DNA of 64,000 bases from Macrostomum lignano (taxonomy: Eukaryota). The notes beneath the pieces are model-generated. The model searched no databases. It saw only the letters and a program-made list of their open reading frames with translations, and was not told the DNA's origin. The position numbers and the translations under genes are program-made. Positions 61,101 through 64,000 of this stretch are shown here, in pieces (positions within the stretch are counted from its first letter, which is position 1; each line of letters opens with the position of its first letter). The stretch spans positions 372,001 to 436,000 of the forward strand of contig NIVC01000024.1 of assembly GCA_002269645.1 (NCBI GenBank), in the 5' to 3' direction.

Positions 61101-63929
61101 CTCCTCTTGCGCCTCTCGCGCAGAGACATCCGGGCTGCCACCATGACCCTCTCTGGTCACGGCTGCTTCTCCAGGCACCAGTACCTGCAGGGCAACGCCA
61201 CCAACGCCACCTGTAGTTTCTGCAACTCAGGTGACGAAACCGCTGAGCATTTCGTCAGCATCTGTCCCGCCTTCACGCGGGCCAGACTCACTTACCTCGG
61301 GCCACACACATCTATTACTGAAGCGTGCAAACCCGAAAACTTTAATCAGCTCATGCGCTACCTTCGGGCCACCCGCAGGGCTGAACTCTCCTTTCCAGAG
61401 AGCACTATAGCTGCTGGCGACACTGGGGGACCTCCCTGGGCGGCGCCAACCCTCCGTCCATAGCGACGCGTCGGCCGTTCAGGGACTAGCGGAATGGGCG
61501 CCCGCGCCTTCCCGCTGTGTCCCCTCCGGGACAGCCCTGCAGCTAAGTAAGTAAGTAAGAGGGGAAAGGGCAAAGAGGAGAGGGGCGAGCGGAGAGGCGA
61601 GAAAGGAGAGGGGAGAGAGGAGAGGGGAGAGGGCAGAGGAAGAGGGGGGAGGGAATAGGAGAGGGGAGAGGGGAAAAGTGAAAGGGGAGAGGGGAGAGGG
61701 GCGAGAGGAGAGGAAAGAGAGGAGAGGGGAGAGGGGAACAGAAAAATGATCATAACCAGCAGCACTAGATCCCAACCTCATCTCCAGCGTCCTTGGACAG
61801 TTCGAGTTGCCTCTCGCAGCAGAGCACAGCCTCGCTGAGGCTGCCCATGGCTTTTAGCGCTGTGGCCAAATTGCCTGACGCTTTGGCTTCGCCAAGTTTG
61901 TCAGACATGGACCTGGGGTGGTGGAATAGTTGGCAAGGTTTTTGCTCCGATTAGAAAGTACATGTAATACTCACGAAAAAAGGGCTTTTATGGCATTTAT
62001 CACTTTTGACGCCTTAAATGTGGAAATTTTGGAGCATTTGATGTCTGTTTTGGAGCATTTGATGTCTGTTTGGAGCATTTGATGTATTTTGGAGCCTTTT
62101 ATGTCTATTTCGGCGCCATGATGACTTATTTTGTACCTAGAATCTCATTAGCAAGTTGTTAAAATGTAAAAATCTTTAAACATTCCGAATAATCAAACAG
62201 CCAATCAAATCAGTTTTCTCACAAGGACCACTAGAATGTTATAGTCTATTTCTGGTCTAGTAGTCCTTGGTTTCTCACCTGGCCAGGCCCAAGTCCAAAG
62301 TGTGGTAATCAAAGGCCCGCTCGTATTCTCCCAGATGAAAATATGCGTTGCCCAGCTGGCTGTACACAGCCGACAGAACTCGACGATTTTTCCCAATTCC
62401 ACCATCGAGTGCCGCTAGCAGCAGCTGCTGGCCGCGCCTGTGCTCACCAGCTTTGCACAGCTGCTCGCCCTCTAAAGCCAGTTCGAGACACTTTTGTTGA
62501 TCAAGTCCACCGGCCGACTTAGGGCTGGCAGCGCTGGTGCCATGCTGGTCACCAGTGCCCAGTTTTGGCTTGACAGCCACTGAATTATTTGCCTGAAAGA
62601 AGTATTGCAACAAGCTCAGCTAAACTTATTATTTAATTTAATAAAATAGCTAAAACATTAAACAAGACATTTTAACTTTTATAAAGCTAATAGAAAATGA
62701 TTCTGTTAGCAAAAAATTCACTTTGTTAATCACATTTAATGAGTCAATGTGCAATTACTGGTTAAAATTGTGATATGGAGAACATATTTTTAGTTATAAC
62801 TAGGGATAGTTTTAAAAAATACAAAATCAATCTAAAAGCTCAAAGCTCTGAAAGCTCAAATCAATCTCAAAATCAACCGTTAATTTTAATGCGGTTGTTT
62901 CAGAAATGCATATATATAGACCGACTAGTAAATAAATTATAGCAAAGTACAACCATATATCTATAAATATAGATCATGTAGTCTAAAAATTAATCAACAC
63001 ATTGCTAGCATGATATGTGACAACTATATATATGACAACTTATATTTTTTTACTTCTTTTAATTCTAAGTTGGTCTTATAGAAAGGATAGGCTATGGCAT
63101 AATTAAATTTATCCTGTGATTTCTGTAAAAAAAATCATGTAATGCAGAAACTACGCCGACCGTAACTACATTATTCTGACCCCTATAAATTTTTCACATA
63201 AATATCGACCTTATTATTCTTAACTGAGATGCTACTTCTGATATATATACATACAAAATGGACGGACGGGCGGGCGGGGAATGAAGTTCTAAAATTTTAT
63301 AATTCTAGAAGAATGAAAATTCTAGCCGGTCCCGTGGTTTCGCTGAAAAAATAATACAAAATATCGCTATTTGATTTAACACTACCGATAAAACAAATCC
63401 TACAAAATTTTACTTTTGTGTTTGATTATATATACTTAAATCGTTTTTGTATAATTTAAACTAAGTTTCTGATGGTTTCTACACGTTAAAACAAACTTTA
63501 AACAATCTACAAGTTTCCTAGAACACTGAAGTTCCCACATAAGTAGTGAGTGGTCCACTTGTCGGATCGACTTATCGCTCGTCGGGGAATCCCTGCATAT
63601 CTAATGCTTATCTTTTAATGCTTGAATCTAATCTTTGCTACCTAATTTCAAAGCCAGGAGTTTGAATCAAGTCAGGATGGGCCTCAAGAAATTGGGACAG
63701 CTCAATCATTTATGGAGCTAAACTAAGACTAAGAGCCAGAGGGAGAGGCTTATCCCTATACAGGCAGATAGTTCAGATAGTTCAGAAATCATTGAAAAAA
63801 TAATTTAACGAACGAAACTTGAAGATTGCCCTACATTGTTCCATTATTATATGTAATTATGTGGCTTACACTTAAGCCAGGGCAGGATACAGACAGACAG
63901 CGGGAAGGTGTCGCTGGCTCGCTGCCCAT
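53257..63929 (-). CDS. GPSM: TPR + GoLoco G-protein signalling modulator (LGN/AGS3/Pins family); gene model broken in the middle, possibly a pseudogene or reduced paralog
   Basis: Exons: 63870-63929 (putative first, lower confidence), 62279-62592 (CLELALEGEQLCKAG...SAVYSQLGNAYF), 61777-61912 (GEAKASGNLA), 53921-54040 (FHERHLSIA...CWSLSNA), 53257-53803 (TARLSLADL plus GoLoco motifs DAFLDLLSRCQSRRMNDQR and EAFLDALARWQGCRLDDQR). No exons were found for the central TPRs, apart from a possible 31-nt exon at 54543-54573. Confidence 0.85.
54160..54484. repeat. (CAGA)n microsatellite
   Basis: Direct inspection. Confidence 0.95.
54995..55669. repeat. (CAGA)n followed by a purine-rich GA repeat (left flank of the LINE)
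   Basis: The GA repeat resumes at 61558-61740. Confidence 0.9.
56187..57692 (+). CDS. Retrotransposon ORF1 (~501 aa from the first ATG), no CCHC knuckle, DUF4780/RRM-like core by eye
   Basis: Intact ORF directly upstream of ORF2, with basic low-complexity ends and a core YVVFVP...VLLRLNPDLP resembling LOA-clade ORF1 (domain call is inference). Confidence 0.8.
   Translation: MAFEPPMDKQAISRDGDPSKPQPQSEGPAGPAGRSQPTDSTVAKEGPAGSAGRSDQSYQTHNTQRPASSAGGSKGTASSEPKGPAKSGRSDEAQRARLERKRAKQRAKRQAKKGAAGAKAAASTMDAEATGVPRQPDGPAGGCSGSSAAALPGDAAAAAEAETTAQQMATANKEVPSGATFAAKAKAKIPGVIIQGRDQDWTTDQLQKVWSAVDSYLIELTVEEGISIGIERMVLRSTFVLIAPSSEEDARQLLQRLPTVSLDADLGGALFLREGQRPKTIPYVVFVPAKSTAAGPDVIRRVLLRLNPDLPASGLVYHRKVRRGETGNSIVLGLSSTWASRYPNGSSFQLGALKLKMRRGKSAKGKATANPGISGKSGAQSKAQGKAQADPKAKAASRPSASSSSATAVTAPAKPREPNLPVGEGVEDEAGSSESELSSATLVGSEGKDAGEEASSILSSEPEDSAGGAGGGEEAMDVDQLPSPSQAPAAWDEDDLLSKSP
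57732..61463 (+). CDS. Retrotransposon ORF2 (APE endonuclease, reverse transcriptase, RNase H, CCHC), split by ~8 single-base frameshifts
   Basis: QINLQH...IQEPW; GGDLNAHH..WGS; KSPGPDGI; after frame repair ALFLDIVGAFDNV and GPQGGVLTPTLWNLVMD; YADD; RNase H YTDGS...SDSQAA...WVPGHVGIRGNELAD; CSFC...ETAEHFVSIC. Confidence 0.9.
61558..61740. repeat. Purine-rich GA repeat (right flank of the LINE)
   Basis: Same composition as 55156-55669. Confidence 0.85.
62023..62105. repeat. ~21-bp repeat TTGGAGCATTTGATGTCTGTT x~4
   Basis: Direct inspection. Confidence 0.75.
62222..62269. mobile_element. Ultra-short TIR element (48 bp), same TIRs as 53052-53090
   Basis: CAAGGACCACTAG...CTAGTAGTCCTTG (12/13 inverted match), flanked by TTTTCTCA and GTTTCTCA. 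Confidence 0.55.
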
Positions 63930-64000
63930 TCTTCTAAGCAGCTAGGTGGATGGAGGTCGATGGTCGCCTGCCTGTGCACTGGGCTATATTTCTGAATATA

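Larger units (their letters stand above)
55670..61559 (+). mobile_element. Full-length non-LTR retrotransposon, LOA/Lian-like (I/R1 group), antisense within a GPSM intron
   Basis: ~520-nt 5' UTR, ORF1, ORF2 with APE, RT (YADD), RNase H and CCHC finger, (TAAG)4 tail at 61544-61559, and a 13-bp direct repeat AGAGGGGAAAGGG at 55657-55669 and 61558-61570. Confidence 0.93.

Overview
Eukaryotic genomic DNA: GC-richer exons in AT-rich, tandem-repeat-stuffed introns. It resembles the flatworm Macrostomum, which is an inference. About one third of the window (~23 kb by my estimate) is tandem repeat, in more than 40 separate arrays. The main contents are: (1) a complete, phase-consistent 47-exon inositol 1,4,5-trisphosphate receptor-like gene on the minus strand (47146->9994, ~2,790 aa) with a non-canonical pore filter (FGLIGD) and a partly altered IP3-binding site; (2) a single-exon MEIG1 head-to-head with it; (3) a TPR+GoLoco (LGN/AGS3/Pins-type) gene on the minus strand with only two GoLoco motifs and a phase break where middle TPR exons should be; (4) a full-length LOA/Lian-like non-LTR retrotransposon (ORF1; APE-RT-RNase H-CCHC ORF2; (TAAG)n tail; TSD) in that intron, plus two 5'-truncated relatives; (5) a tRNA-headed CORE-like SINE; (6) a small unrecognised two-exon gene for a probable secreted peptide precursor. 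The most interesting leads are the divergent IP3R channel, the peptide gene, and signs that some intronic minisatellites arrive as mobile cassettes with target-site duplications. All coordinates and alignments were derived by eye; no searches were run.
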